Source: a virus (Duplodnaviria > Caudoviricetes). From it: a stretch of 64,000 nucleotides of DNA. The notes beneath the pieces are model-generated. The model did not search any database. It was not told where the DNA came from and saw only the letters and a list, made by a program, of their open reading frames with translations. Location: the IMG/VR virus record IMGVR_UViG_3300027986_000008, positions 1-64,000 of that record. One strand, given 5' to 3'. The position numbers and the translations under genes are program-made. Of this stretch, positions 55,311 through 64,000 are shown one piece after another (positions within the stretch are counted from its first letter, which is position 1; the number at the start of each line of letters is the position of its first letter).

Positions 55311-55718
55311 ATGGGCAACACGCAACTTGCAGACGCGTCCGCGAATGCCGGAGTTAATGCTCTCGCAGCTCTCGCGAATAGCGGCTTTCTGAAGATCTAC
55401 ACCGGACCGCAACCGGCAAACGGAAACACGGCGATAACGACGCAGACGCTCCTCGCATCGCTCGCTTTATCCGCGACCGCATTCGGCTCTGCTGCGGCTG
55501 GAGTCGCGACGGCAAATGCGATTACGAATGCCGTAGCTGCGGCCACCGGAGCTGCCGCGTGGTTCCGAGTATTTAAGTCGGACGGCACGACGGCCTTATG
55601 GGACGGAAACGTCTCAACGTCGGGCGCGAACTTGAACCTCAACTCAACCTCTATCCAGTCCGGAGCTACGGTCTCGGTGACGTCGTTCACGTTCACGCTT
55701 CTCGAAGCCGGGAGTTAA
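55311..55718 (+). CDS. Virion structural protein
   Basis: L.IY.G..P, G.A.WFR, DG.V pattern. Confidence 0.7.
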   Translation: MGNTQLADASANAGVNALAALANSGFLKIYTGPQPANGNTAITTQTLLASLALSATAFGSAAAGVATANAITNAVAAATGAAAWFRVFKSDGTTALWDGNVSTSGANLNLNSTSIQSGATVSVTSFTFTLLEAGS

Positions 55719-55733
55719 TACCCTTAAGATCCC

Positions 55734-56726
55734 ATGTCATCTCAAACGTGGAGTGCGGCCGGAAGTTATACCTGGACCTGTCCGTCCGGCGTGACTCACG
55801 TTCAGGTAGAGTGTTGGGGTCCGGGAGGAAACGGAGGAAACTTTCAGTTAGTCGGAGGCGTCGGTCCGCTTGGTTTCGGTGGTGGAGGTGGTGGAGGTGG
55901 TGGATATGCAAAGGTCAATGCGGCTTCAGTGGTTCCCGGTACCGTTTACTCTGTGTTCGTTGCCGGAGCCGGTAGCGGCCAACAGACCTCGTTTGCCTCG
56001 ACCGTCTGCATAGGAGATTTCGGCCTCGTTGGACAAATCGGAACCGATAACAATCCGGACGGAGGTTTCGGAGGTTCCGGGGGAACGAACAATACCGGAG
56101 ACTCTACGATCAACGGAGCCTCTGGAACGAACGGAGGAGGCCGCGGACAATGGGGCACCGGTAATCAACAAGGAGGAAACGGAGGAGCTGGAGGCAATGG
56201 AGGTAATGGAGGAGCCGGAGGCGGAACTCTCGGAACGAATACCCCGCAACCCGGTGTATCTCCCGGTGGCGGAGGTGGCGGTGGCGATGCTGATTTCAGT
56301 ACCCTCGGAGCCTCCGGTTCAGACGGACAGATAACGCTTACATGGACCCAGGTATTCTCAGGTCCAGCCTCCTCGACCACAGCTTCGCAGACTTCTGGTT
56401 CTGGCCAAGAGATCTTCGCTGGAGCCGCGGACTCACGGACGTCTACTGCCGTTGTCGCGTCTGGCCAAGAGACGTTCTCCGGAACGGTTCATAGCGTTGC
56501 CTTAGTTCAGACTTCCGGCTCTGGAGGTATACCTGGGTTGGTGTTGGGAGCGGGAGGATCAACTATTTCTTGTTCATCCTCTGGAACCGGGACGTACACT
56601 TCGCTCGCGATATCAGGAACGGGAGCGAGCAGTATATCACCGTCCCAATCAGGAGTCGGGAGAAGTTCGAACCTTTCTCGGTGGATCGACCTCATAACAT
56701 CGGAGTATCAGATTGCCAGCTCCTAA
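55734..56726 (+). CDS. Glycine-rich tail protein ending in a DUF2612-like N-terminal segment
   Basis: WTCPSGVT.V.VECWG.GG.GG; ends WIDLITSEYQ. Confidence 0.75.
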   Translation: MSSQTWSAAGSYTWTCPSGVTHVQVECWGPGGNGGNFQLVGGVGPLGFGGGGGGGGGYAKVNAASVVPGTVYSVFVAGAGSGQQTSFASTVCIGDFGLVGQIGTDNNPDGGFGGSGGTNNTGDSTINGASGTNGGGRGQWGTGNQQGGNGGAGGNGGNGGAGGGTLGTNTPQPGVSPGGGGGGGDADFSTLGASGSDGQITLTWTQVFSGPASSTTASQTSGSGQEIFAGAADSRTSTAVVASGQETFSGTVHSVALVQTSGSGGIPGLVLGAGGSTISCSSSGTGTYTSLAISGTGASSISPSQSGVGRSSNLSRWIDLITSEYQIASS

Positions 56727-57231
56727 AAATATCGCGTGGCTCGCTGCGAACCTCCAGCCATTGGACGACATCCTAAATTGCCTGCTCCAATTTCCGGCTG
56801 CGTTCGACATCAATACAGCTATCGGAGTTCAACTCGACACGATAGGTGTGATCGTCGGACAGTCACGCACGGTGGGATTCCAGCCGAGCGGATCGGTCAG
56901 TCCGACTCTCGATGATCCTACGTACCGTCTACTTCTCCGAGCAAGGATTTATCAGAATCACTGGACCGGTAAGATGGACGCCCTCCTCAACATCTGGAGG
57001 AATCTATTCCCAGGAGGAACGCTCATCGTCAACGATCACCAGGACATGACGGTTGCGATCTTCGTTGCCGGATCATTCAGCTCGATCATTCAGGACCTAA
57101 TTCTGAATGGCTATATCATTCCTCGTCCTCAGGGAGTCCTCTACACGATAACGATGGCAACGCTTCCGATGCTCGGATTCGATCGCAACGATGCCTACGT
57201 TGCCGGTTGGGACACCGGAAAGTACATCTAG
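56713..57231 (+). CDS. DUF2612-type baseplate protein (N-terminus in the previous frame)
   Basis: FDI.TA.G.QLD.IG..VG..R, L.D..YR, N.W.G, D.QDM, PRPQGV. Confidence 0.85.
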   Translation: MPAPKNIAWLAANLQPLDDILNCLLQFPAAFDINTAIGVQLDTIGVIVGQSRTVGFQPSGSVSPTLDDPTYRLLLRARIYQNHWTGKMDALLNIWRNLFPGGTLIVNDHQDMTVAIFVAGSFSSIIQDLILNGYIIPRPQGVLYTITMATLPMLGFDRNDAYVAGWDTGKYI

Positions 57232-57232
57232 T

Positions 57233-58144
57233 ATGTCATCTAATTTTTTGCAGTGGAATCCGACGGCGGCGAATCAGGAGAGCGACTCGACGTACAACGC
57301 AGACGCGCTAAGAACCGGAGGGGCGACGACCGGAGCGATCCTGCCGTCTAATCTCGACAACAAGTTCCGCTTCCAGACCTCCACATTCGTCGCCGCTCTC
57401 GCTCAGGCTCTGGCGAACAAGGGCTATAACCTGTCCGACGCCGTCTTCTCGACACTCGTCACCGTCCTCTCAAACATAAAGACGTCGGCTGATTTTCCGG
57501 CCTCTCAGATTCTCGTTCCCTATGCCACGTCGATGGTGTTCGACGCAGCCCAGTCGTTTCAGTTCGTCGTAGCGCTTACCGGGAACGTGTCCGCCGCGTC
57601 TCTAATAAATATAGCCGTCGGGCAGCAGTTGCTCTTCATCTGGGAGCAGGATGGCGTCGGCTCCAGAACGTTTCCCACGATGACGGCATCTGGATATACC
57701 TGGGTCGGCCAGGGAGCTATCTGCCCGATCGCGAGCAGCGTCAGCCTCCAATTCTTTGACGTCGTCTCAGGAACCGGCCTCGAAGGTCCGCTGATCATTC
57801 CGATAACACCTATGATGTGGCTTTCCGGAGGCGGCATCATCACGCTCACCGATACGTCCGTCATATCGACGAGCGTTAGCGGAACGGTCGCGTCTGGGTT
57901 CCGAGAGATCACGGAGAAGGTAGATGCGAGCGGCGGTACCGTCACAAGGACGTTCTTTTCGGCGAATCCATCGCGCACTGGCGTGAAGATCAATATAAAG
58001 AAGATGGACTCATCGCAAAATGCCGTGGTGCCGACAGCGGCAGGCGGACAGTTCATCGACGGAGCGTTCGCAAACTTCCCGATCTCCGTCCAGTACAATT
58101 CTCTCACGTTCCAATGCGACGGTTCCGGCTGGATTCTGATTTGA
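57233..58144 (+). CDS. Tail fibre protein
   Basis: NF..W.....N......Y, S...NK...Q.S....A baseplate anchor; QD..G.RT. Confidence 0.75.
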   Translation: MSSNFLQWNPTAANQESDSTYNADALRTGGATTGAILPSNLDNKFRFQTSTFVAALAQALANKGYNLSDAVFSTLVTVLSNIKTSADFPASQILVPYATSMVFDAAQSFQFVVALTGNVSAASLINIAVGQQLLFIWEQDGVGSRTFPTMTASGYTWVGQGAICPIASSVSLQFFDVVSGTGLEGPLIIPITPMMWLSGGGIITLTDTSVISTSVSGTVASGFREITEKVDASGGTVTRTFFSANPSRTGVKINIKKMDSSQNAVVPTAAGGQFIDGAFANFPISVQYNSLTFQCDGSGWILI

Positions 58145-58154
58145 GGATAACGTC

Positions 58155-58892
58155 ATGAGCTTCATAACCGGCAAGACTCCGAAGCAACAAATTTTCGCCA
58201 CGAGTGGCACGTTCATTCCCTCGACGGCTCTCCTGATCAATTCTCAGGGTTGGATAGAGGTAACGGTCGTAGGAGGAGGAGGAGGAGGAGGAGGAGCGAG
58301 CGGCTCGTTTCCCGGAGGAGGAGGCGGCGGTGGACAGTACTCTCGCAAGAAGGTCCAGATAGCCGGAAATATCACCGTCACGATCGGTGCCGGAGGAGCC
58401 GGAGGAACTGGAGGGGGATCTACACCGACTGCAACTCAGGGAACTCAGGGCGGCACGAGTTCGTTCGGAGCCTTCGTCTCGTCCACCGGAGGTTTTCCGG
58501 GAAGCGCTGCCACCAATAGTCCGTCAGTCCTCAACGGTGCTGGCGGAAACTGCGGAGACGGAAGCGGCGGGCTGATCTGCCCCGGAGCTTCAGGAGGAGC
58601 GGTTTCCGGTGGTGGAGGAGGAGCCGGAGGAGCCGCCTCAACTCCCATCGGTAACGTCGGATCTGCGGGAGGTCCTGGAATAGCCGGAGTCGCTGGAGGA
58701 GGAGGCGGAGGAGCCGGAGCAGCCCCCGGTCCTGGAAGCTCGGGAGGCGGCGGCGGAGGTGCTAACAGCCTCTCGGGCGGAACCAACGCCAATCCTAATA
58801 GCGGTTCCGGCGGAGGAGGAGCCGGAGGGCCAGGGACCGCGAACGGAGGAAGCGGAGGAAGCGGCGTGGTTATCATCGATTGGTGGGAGTGA
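58155..58892 (+). CDS. Glycine-rich tail fibre protein
   Basis: F..SGTF, V.VVGGGGGGG, GGSGVVII.W. Confidence 0.8.
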   Translation: MSFITGKTPKQQIFATSGTFIPSTALLINSQGWIEVTVVGGGGGGGGASGSFPGGGGGGGQYSRKKVQIAGNITVTIGAGGAGGTGGGSTPTATQGTQGGTSSFGAFVSSTGGFPGSAATNSPSVLNGAGGNCGDGSGGLICPGASGGAVSGGGGGAGGAASTPIGNVGSAGGPGIAGVAGGGGGGAGAAPGPGSSGGGGGGANSLSGGTNANPNSGSGGGGAGGPGTANGGSGGSGVVIIDWWE

Positions 58893-58894
58893 CG

Positions 58895-59053
58895 ATGTAC
58901 GCCATAATTCAGAATGGAGAAGTCGAGAACGTTATCGTAGCTGCTAGCATAGTAGCCGGAGAATTATATCCGGGATCAGTCAGGATCGATGATTTGAATC
59001 CGATTCCTGGAATTGGATGGACGTATTCGGGCGGAACTTTCTCTCCGCCTTAA
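58895..59053 (+). CDS. Small tail-fibre assembly-like protein
   Basis: MYAIIQNGEVENVIVA...PGIGWTYSGGTFSPP; below the ORF-track cutoff. Confidence 0.75.
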   Translation: MYAIIQNGEVENVIVAASIVAGELYPGSVRIDDLNPIPGIGWTYSGGTFSPP

Positions 59054-59087
59054 GGGACCTTTCCCACCTTTGATTTAAAAAAGGAAC

Positions 59088-61940
59088 GTGAACATGAAAC
59101 GCTCTTTAGGGTTATGGGTTCTATTTGCGCTTTCGTTGCCTCTGTTCTCTCAGCCGATTCAGCAACAGGTATTCCAGGAGACAGACGCCCCGAAGCTCTC
59201 TCCTTCTCAGGGCTTCTCAATTTGCTGGTTCGACAACGCTGATCACCAATTCGAGTGCATAAATTGGGCAGGGACCGTCGTTAAGCTCGGTTCTGGGTAT
59301 TCTTACGTGGGAACCTTTGCGGAGCGTCCTACGAGTCCCGCAACCAACTCTACGGCGCTGTTTACGGACGCAACCGTCACTGGAGCTTGTCCTCCGACCG
59401 GCGGAGGGTCGAATTTCTCGATCTGTGCATGGAGCGGATCGGCTTGGGTTCAGGTGGCTTCCGGATCTTCGTCGGGATCAGCGAACGTAACGGCTACTTG
59501 CAACGGAACGACGACGTCATGTGCTGTTACGATCTCGTCTCTTAACTTGACGGTGTTTGATCCTGCTCTAGCTCAGTGCCATACCGGATCGGCCTTCGTT
59601 CCGCTTACAGGGTACTCTACTACTGGATCGTCTCCTATAACGAGCGTTGCGTTAACCTACAGCAGCACGGTGGGCCCGGTAATCTGCGCCGTCAACAGTA
59701 GCGGCGCGACAGGTCCTGCTGGTGCCGCTGGTGCCACTGGAGCGGCCGGACCGACAGGAGCAACGGGCGCTACCGGCGCGACTGGCCCAGCTGGTCCTAC
59801 CGGAGCAACGGGAGTCGCCGGTCCTACGGGCGCAACAGGCTCAGCGGGCACGGCTGGACCTACCGGCGCAACTGGCGCGACCGGACCTGCTGGAGCCACA
59901 GGACCAGCAGGACCAACCGGAGCGACGGGAGCTACCGGAGCAACTGGCGCGACTGGGCCTGCGGGGTCAAGCGCATTTAGTGCTCTGACGAGTTCTACGA
60001 ACACGACGGCCGCAATGGTTGTTGGCTCCGGAGCCTCACTGGCCACTTCCGGAACAGGATCAATCACGGCAAGCGCTGCCGTCACAAGTATTCCTCTGAC
60101 CACTCCTAAGATCACTACCGGTATCACGGACGCGAACGGGAATGTGTTCGTGGCGACATCTTCTACCGCGTCGGCGGTTGATTCAATCACCGTCACGAAT
60201 GCAGCGACGGCGAACCCGGCGACGGTGGCAGTGAGCGCAACGGGGTCGGATTCGAACATTAACCTAAACATTGTTTCCAAGGGAAGCGGTGTGGTGGAGT
60301 TGAATGGAACGGCAGTCGGAACTGCGTCCACACAAAATACCGGCACGAGCGGCGCGACGCTCCCATTTCTCAATGGCGCGAATACCTGGAGCGGTAGAAA
60401 CACTTATGGCGGCGGTAATCTATTCGCTGCCGGAGTGAACGCGCAGACTGGAACAACCTATACGATTGTGACTACGGACGAATTCAAGCTCGTCACGTAT
60501 AGCAATGCTCTGGCAATTGCCGTCACGCTTCCGGTTGCGACCACGGCTGGATTCGGAGCCGGGGCCTTATTCCCGCAGAAGAACATCGGAGTCGGTACCG
60601 TCACGATCACGCCGACTACCAGCACGATCAACGGGAACGCGACGTTGGTTTTGACAACTAACCAGGACGCGACGATCTACTCAGATGGGACGAACTATTT
60701 CGCGACGGTGGATACCGGAACCGGAAATACAGTGACGGGCGGAACCTGCACCAATCAATTAGCCTCGGCTATCGCGGCGGTGACGGGAGTGCCTACCTGC
60801 TCGACGGTCGTATCAACGATGACTGATTCGTCCATTGCCCATACCGGTGTGGACGTGAACACCTCCTATCAAGTGACGGCAACACATTTGGCGGCGGCGC
60901 TCCCGATTAACCAAGGCGGTACGGCTACGACTACAGGCGTGGCGGGTGCGATACCGAATTCTTCTACGACTTCGGCTGCGACCTGGACGGCAACACCAAC
61001 CCTCGGTGCTTCTGGCACTCTTGGCTCCGTCACGATGGGGAACGCAACGAGCGGACTACTGACTCTGGAGCCTGCAACCGGGGCGCTTGGGACCGTTACG
61101 GTATCTATTCCAGCCGCTACCGACACGCTGGTCAATCTCGCTGGTACTCAAACTCTCAGCAATAAGACTTTCGTGGCTCCGGCACTCGGGACTCCCGCAA
61201 GCGGCGTAGCAACCAACCTAACTGGGACCGCAAGTGGGTTGACGGCGGGAACCGCAACTAACGTCGCGGGAGGAGCAGCAGGCGAGATCCATTACCAGAC
61301 TGGATCAGGAACCACGGGATTCTCTGCGGCGGGGACGGCAAACCAGATCGCACTTTCTGGAGGAACGGGAGCACCAACGTTCATCGACTTTCCGGAGCGC
61401 TTCTATATACCGGCCGCAAACTGCAACAACACCACGGCAGGTGCAGGATGGTCCATCGGGTCGGGCGGTACAGTCACATGCCGCGCCGGAACCAACAATC
61501 TTGGCGGGTACATCACAATCACCGATACCTCTTCCACGTTCGCTCAATTTACCCTTACTCTTCCGGAGGATTGGGACACAGCCACGCGTCCCTATATTCG
61601 GTTCTTCTTTTCGTCCGCGACCGACACGACGAACGGGCACACAGTCATTCCGCAGATCAAGGTATCGTGTCCGACCGCGGCAGACGGAAGCGTCTCGGAC
61701 GATGCCACGTTCTCAGCGGCGCAGTCCTCCAGCACGGTGACTTTCGGAGCAAGTGCAGTTGCAAATGGGTTCTATAACGGATCTAACGTCCAGATTGGCT
61801 CGACGCAAATGACGGGCTGCATTGCGGGCGGTCTGATGATCGTTCAAGTTGGCCGTGCCACGGATACGGCGACCGGAAACATCAACTTCTACGGCGCTGC
61901 CGTGACATTACCACGGTTGCTGGCGGTACAGGCAAACTAA
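59088..61940 (+). CDS. Signal-peptide-bearing collagen-like fibre protein
   Basis: [20 protein letters not shown]; about 29 Gly-X-Y triplets; C-terminus homologous to the 30252 protein. Confidence 0.82.
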   Translation: MNMKRSLGLWVLFALSLPLFSQPIQQQVFQETDAPKLSPSQGFSICWFDNADHQFECINWAGTVVKLGSGYSYVGTFAERPTSPATNSTALFTDATVTGACPPTGGGSNFSICAWSGSAWVQVASGSSSGSANVTATCNGTTTSCAVTISSLNLTVFDPALAQCHTGSAFVPLTGYSTTGSSPITSVALTYSSTVGPVICAVNSSGATGPAGAAGATGAAGPTGATGATGATGPAGPTGATGVAGPTGATGSAGTAGPTGATGATGPAGATGPAGPTGATGATGATGATGPAGSSAFSALTSSTNTTAAMVVGSGASLATSGTGSITASAAVTSIPLTTPKITTGITDANGNVFVATSSTASAVDSITVTNAATANPATVAVSATGSDSNINLNIVSKGSGVVELNGTAVGTASTQNTGTSGATLPFLNGANTWSGRNTYGGGNLFAAGVNAQTGTTYTIVTTDEFKLVTYSNALAIAVTLPVATTAGFGAGALFPQKNIGVGTVTITPTTSTINGNATLVLTTNQDATIYSDGTNYFATVDTGTGNTVTGGTCTNQLASAIAAVTGVPTCSTVVSTMTDSSIAHTGVDVNTSYQVTATHLAAALPINQGGTATTTGVAGAIPNSSTTSAATWTATPTLGASGTLGSVTMGNATSGLLTLEPATGALGTVTVSIPAATDTLVNLAGTQTLSNKTFVAPALGTPASGVATNLTGTASGLTAGTATNVAGGAAGEIHYQTGSGTTGFSAAGTANQIALSGGTGAPTFIDFPERFYIPAANCNNTTAGAGWSIGSGGTVTCRAGTNNLGGYITITDTSSTFAQFTLTLPEDWDTATRPYIRFFFSSATDTTNGHTVIPQIKVSCPTAADGSVSDDATFSAAQSSSTVTFGASAVANGFYNGSNVQIGSTQMTGCIAGGLMIVQVGRATDTATGNINFYGAAVTLPRLLAVQAN
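59940..60165 (+). repeat. Direct repeat, copy 1
   Basis: About 226 bp with 6 synonymous differences from 63775-64000. Confidence 0.92.
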
Positions 61941-61942
61941 AG

Positions 61943-63490
61943 ATGAAGCTGAAACTTTTAGCCATTTTGCTCACCGGGACTTCGTTCGCGTCCGCCACTC
62001 CCAGCTGGAGTGCTTATCAAATGCTGCGGGAGTTGCTATCCCCGTTCTTTCCGCAGTGGGTGCCGACTATTCCAGCTACGTCATCCGCCGCAGCTGGCAC
62101 ATGGACTATCGTTCAAGGCCCAAAGTATTGCACTGTATCTAGCGGTGCAAATAGTTGCACTATCACTCTGGCAAGCGCCTTGGTCGCGGGAAATTTATAC
62201 GCCTTGGTTGGTTACGCCAACAACGGAGGATCAGGCGAATCTAAAATATCAAGTCTGTCACCATCGGTCGGAACACTTGTAACCGAGGTCGGCTGTACTG
62301 GATTCATCCCTGGTGGCGTAAACTTCATGCCGTTGTGCGCTTATGTGCTGCCGTCTGCATCTACAGGTATGGCTGGAACTTCTCTTACTGTCAACCTGGA
62401 TAATAACACGGGAGGAGTGGCCACCGAAATATCAATCTGGGAAGTCCACCCAAGCGCCAATGGAGCAAATGTGGCTCTCGACAATTCAGGCGCTATTGCT
62501 TATACGTCCTCTACTACGTCGCAAACCGGCCCATCATTCACGGTATCTGGCACCAACGACGTTTCATTTGTCGGCTGGGGTCCTGGGACCGCGTACGTCC
62601 ATATAAGCTCTGTTAGCGCTCCATATAACACCCTCGAACACTTTGAGTCGTCAAATAGCTACTGGGGATCATCGGCGTCTATATCCACGTCAACTCCTAC
62701 TTGGACTCCAGTCTCAAGCGTAAATGGGCTACCAGTATCATTTTCCTTCGGCTGGAATCCCACCGCTGGCAAAGAGGAACAGTTCAATGATTTTGAAGGG
62801 GGCACGAGCGGATCAACTGTTACTGCATCGGCAATAACCACATCAGCGCGTGGGTGGCAGGGTTGCACCTACACGCTAACGGGGACAATAACGTGGAACA
62901 CGTCGGCCAGTCTTCCTTTGCTAAACACTTCACCTAGGCTATATGGCAATGGCCTCACTTATGCTTCGGGAGCAGGGACGCTTGGCGTAGTGCAAACCGG
63001 GTCTGGCGCATCAACCGCTAACCACATAGATTGCAGCGTTACGTATAGCAACCTACAAAAAGTAAGTGATAGCGTTAACTTTCAGTCAAGCCTTGCCGTC
63101 AATGATTCAACGAGCGTAGATATCTTCTACATCAAAGGTTCGGCAGCAGCGGTAAATTTTATGTTCAAGGGAAATGGCGCTAACAGGTACGTACAACTTG
63201 AATGTAACGATACATCTACGGTCTCCAGTGGTACGGTAACGATTGCTCCAAACACCGAGTATACGCTAGAGATTCTCTTTGATTCCGCTGGCGGGACTCA
63301 CAGGGGTCGTGTCTATAGCGCATCTCAGTCTTTGGTCGGAAGTGAGATGACTTGTTCCGCATTATCCAGTAACCGTTTTGCGGGATGGTCAATTGGAAAC
63401 ACCGGAGCACAAGTCGTTACGAATGGCGCAACTAATTTGTTTGATAGTTTGCAGGTTGATCTTTCTGGAACGTGGCCGATAATCCAATGA
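61943..63490 (+). CDS. Signal-peptide-bearing beta-rich protein, possibly with a lectin-like C-terminus
   Basis: MKLKLLAILLTGTSFASA; visibly lower GC than its flanks. Confidence 0.7.
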   Translation: MKLKLLAILLTGTSFASATPSWSAYQMLRELLSPFFPQWVPTIPATSSAAAGTWTIVQGPKYCTVSSGANSCTITLASALVAGNLYALVGYANNGGSGESKISSLSPSVGTLVTEVGCTGFIPGGVNFMPLCAYVLPSASTGMAGTSLTVNLDNNTGGVATEISIWEVHPSANGANVALDNSGAIAYTSSTTSQTGPSFTVSGTNDVSFVGWGPGTAYVHISSVSAPYNTLEHFESSNSYWGSSASISTSTPTWTPVSSVNGLPVSFSFGWNPTAGKEEQFNDFEGGTSGSTVTASAITTSARGWQGCTYTLTGTITWNTSASLPLLNTSPRLYGNGLTYASGAGTLGVVQTGSGASTANHIDCSVTYSNLQKVSDSVNFQSSLAVNDSTSVDIFYIKGSAAAVNFMFKGNGANRYVQLECNDTSTVSSGTVTIAPNTEYTLEILFDSAGGTHRGRVYSASQSLVGSEMTCSALSSNRFAGWSIGNTGAQVVTNGATNLFDSLQVDLSGTWPIIQ

Positions 63491-63510
63491 GAGTGAGACG
63501 GACATAATTC

Positions 63511-64000
63511 ATGACCACGCGATATAGCCTCATCGCCGTGCTGTTGTGCGCTGGCGCTCTCCACGCGCAGCCTACGACGGTTGAGGTGAAGGATACTGTC
63601 TATCGCGCCGTGGATACGAACAGCGGAACCGGAACACATGCCGATTGGAATATCAACCTCGCAGGTAACGTAGGAGCAACCGGAGCGACAGGAGCGACAG
63701 GGCCTTCCGGACCCACAGGACCCGCCGGTCCTACTGGAGCAACGGGCGTTGCTGGACCAACCGGCGCAACCGGCGCAACTGGCGCGACCGGGCCTGCGGG
63801 GTCAAGCGCATTTAGTGCTCTGACGAGTTCCACGAACACGACGGCCGCAATGGTTGTTGGCTCCGGAGCCTCACTGGCCACCTCCGGAACAGGATCAATC
63901 ACGGCAAGCGCTGCCGTCACAAGTATTCCTCTGACCACTCCTAAGATCACTACCGGTATCACGGACGCGAACGGGAATGTCTTCGTGGCAACGTCTTCTA
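63511..64000 (+). CDS. Signal-peptide-bearing collagen-like protein, truncated by the window edge
   Basis: [20 protein letters not shown]...[13 protein letters not shown]; no stop before 64000. Confidence 0.8.
   Translation, partial: MTTRYSLIAVLLCAGALHAQPTTVEVKDTVYRAVDTNSGTGTHADWNINLAGNVGATGATGATGPSGPTGPAGPTGATGVAGPTGATGATGATGPAGSSAFSALTSSTNTTAAMVVGSGASLATSGTGSITASAAVTSIPLTTPKITTGITDANGNVFVATSS
63775..64000 (+). repeat. Direct repeat, copy 2 (may extend beyond the window)
   Basis: Matches 59940-60165. Confidence 0.92.

Noticed and set aside
1-64000. Genome-wide stop-codon reassignment (code 15 or code 4)
   Set aside because: Long genes are intact in code 11, and many end at TAG, TGA or TAA right before the next gene. 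Only isolated in-frame stops occur.
59940-64000. DGR template/variable repeat pair
   Set aside because: Mismatches are synonymous and not adenine-specific, and there is no reverse transcriptase in the window.

Overview
This is a 64-kb segment of a GC-rich tailed phage or prophage with a contractile (myovirus-type) tail. No integrase or att site is visible. Layout: a leftward early operon (1-7370) of small hypothetical genes, a Ycf46/SpoVK-like AAA ATPase, a pentapeptide-repeat gene, a hammerhead ribozyme and a long structured leader; a rightward nucleic-acid metabolism block (GIY-YIG, HAD, ASCH, a dual-frame C5 methyltransferase) interrupted by two nested cargo-carrying IS1595 elements; then terminases, lysis genes, head, neck, tail and baseplate genes, and several signal-peptide-bearing fibre-like proteins. 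The most striking element is a counter-oriented cassette at 17513-18089. It holds a Pth2-like peptidyl-tRNA hydrolase gene with an in-frame UAG near its start and no stop codon of its own. That frame runs directly into two CCA-ending tRNA genes whose anticodons match stop codons: UUA on an abnormally long anticodon arm, and CUA. Other highlights are a UGA at the conserved Cys of the MuF/gp7 NCRC motif followed by a SECIS-like hairpin, a portal fused to a PPase-like domain and a PD-(D/E)XK nuclease with a probable immunity gene, and an IS1595 inserted into the homologue of its own cargo gene. All family calls are by motif recognition; no database searches were run.
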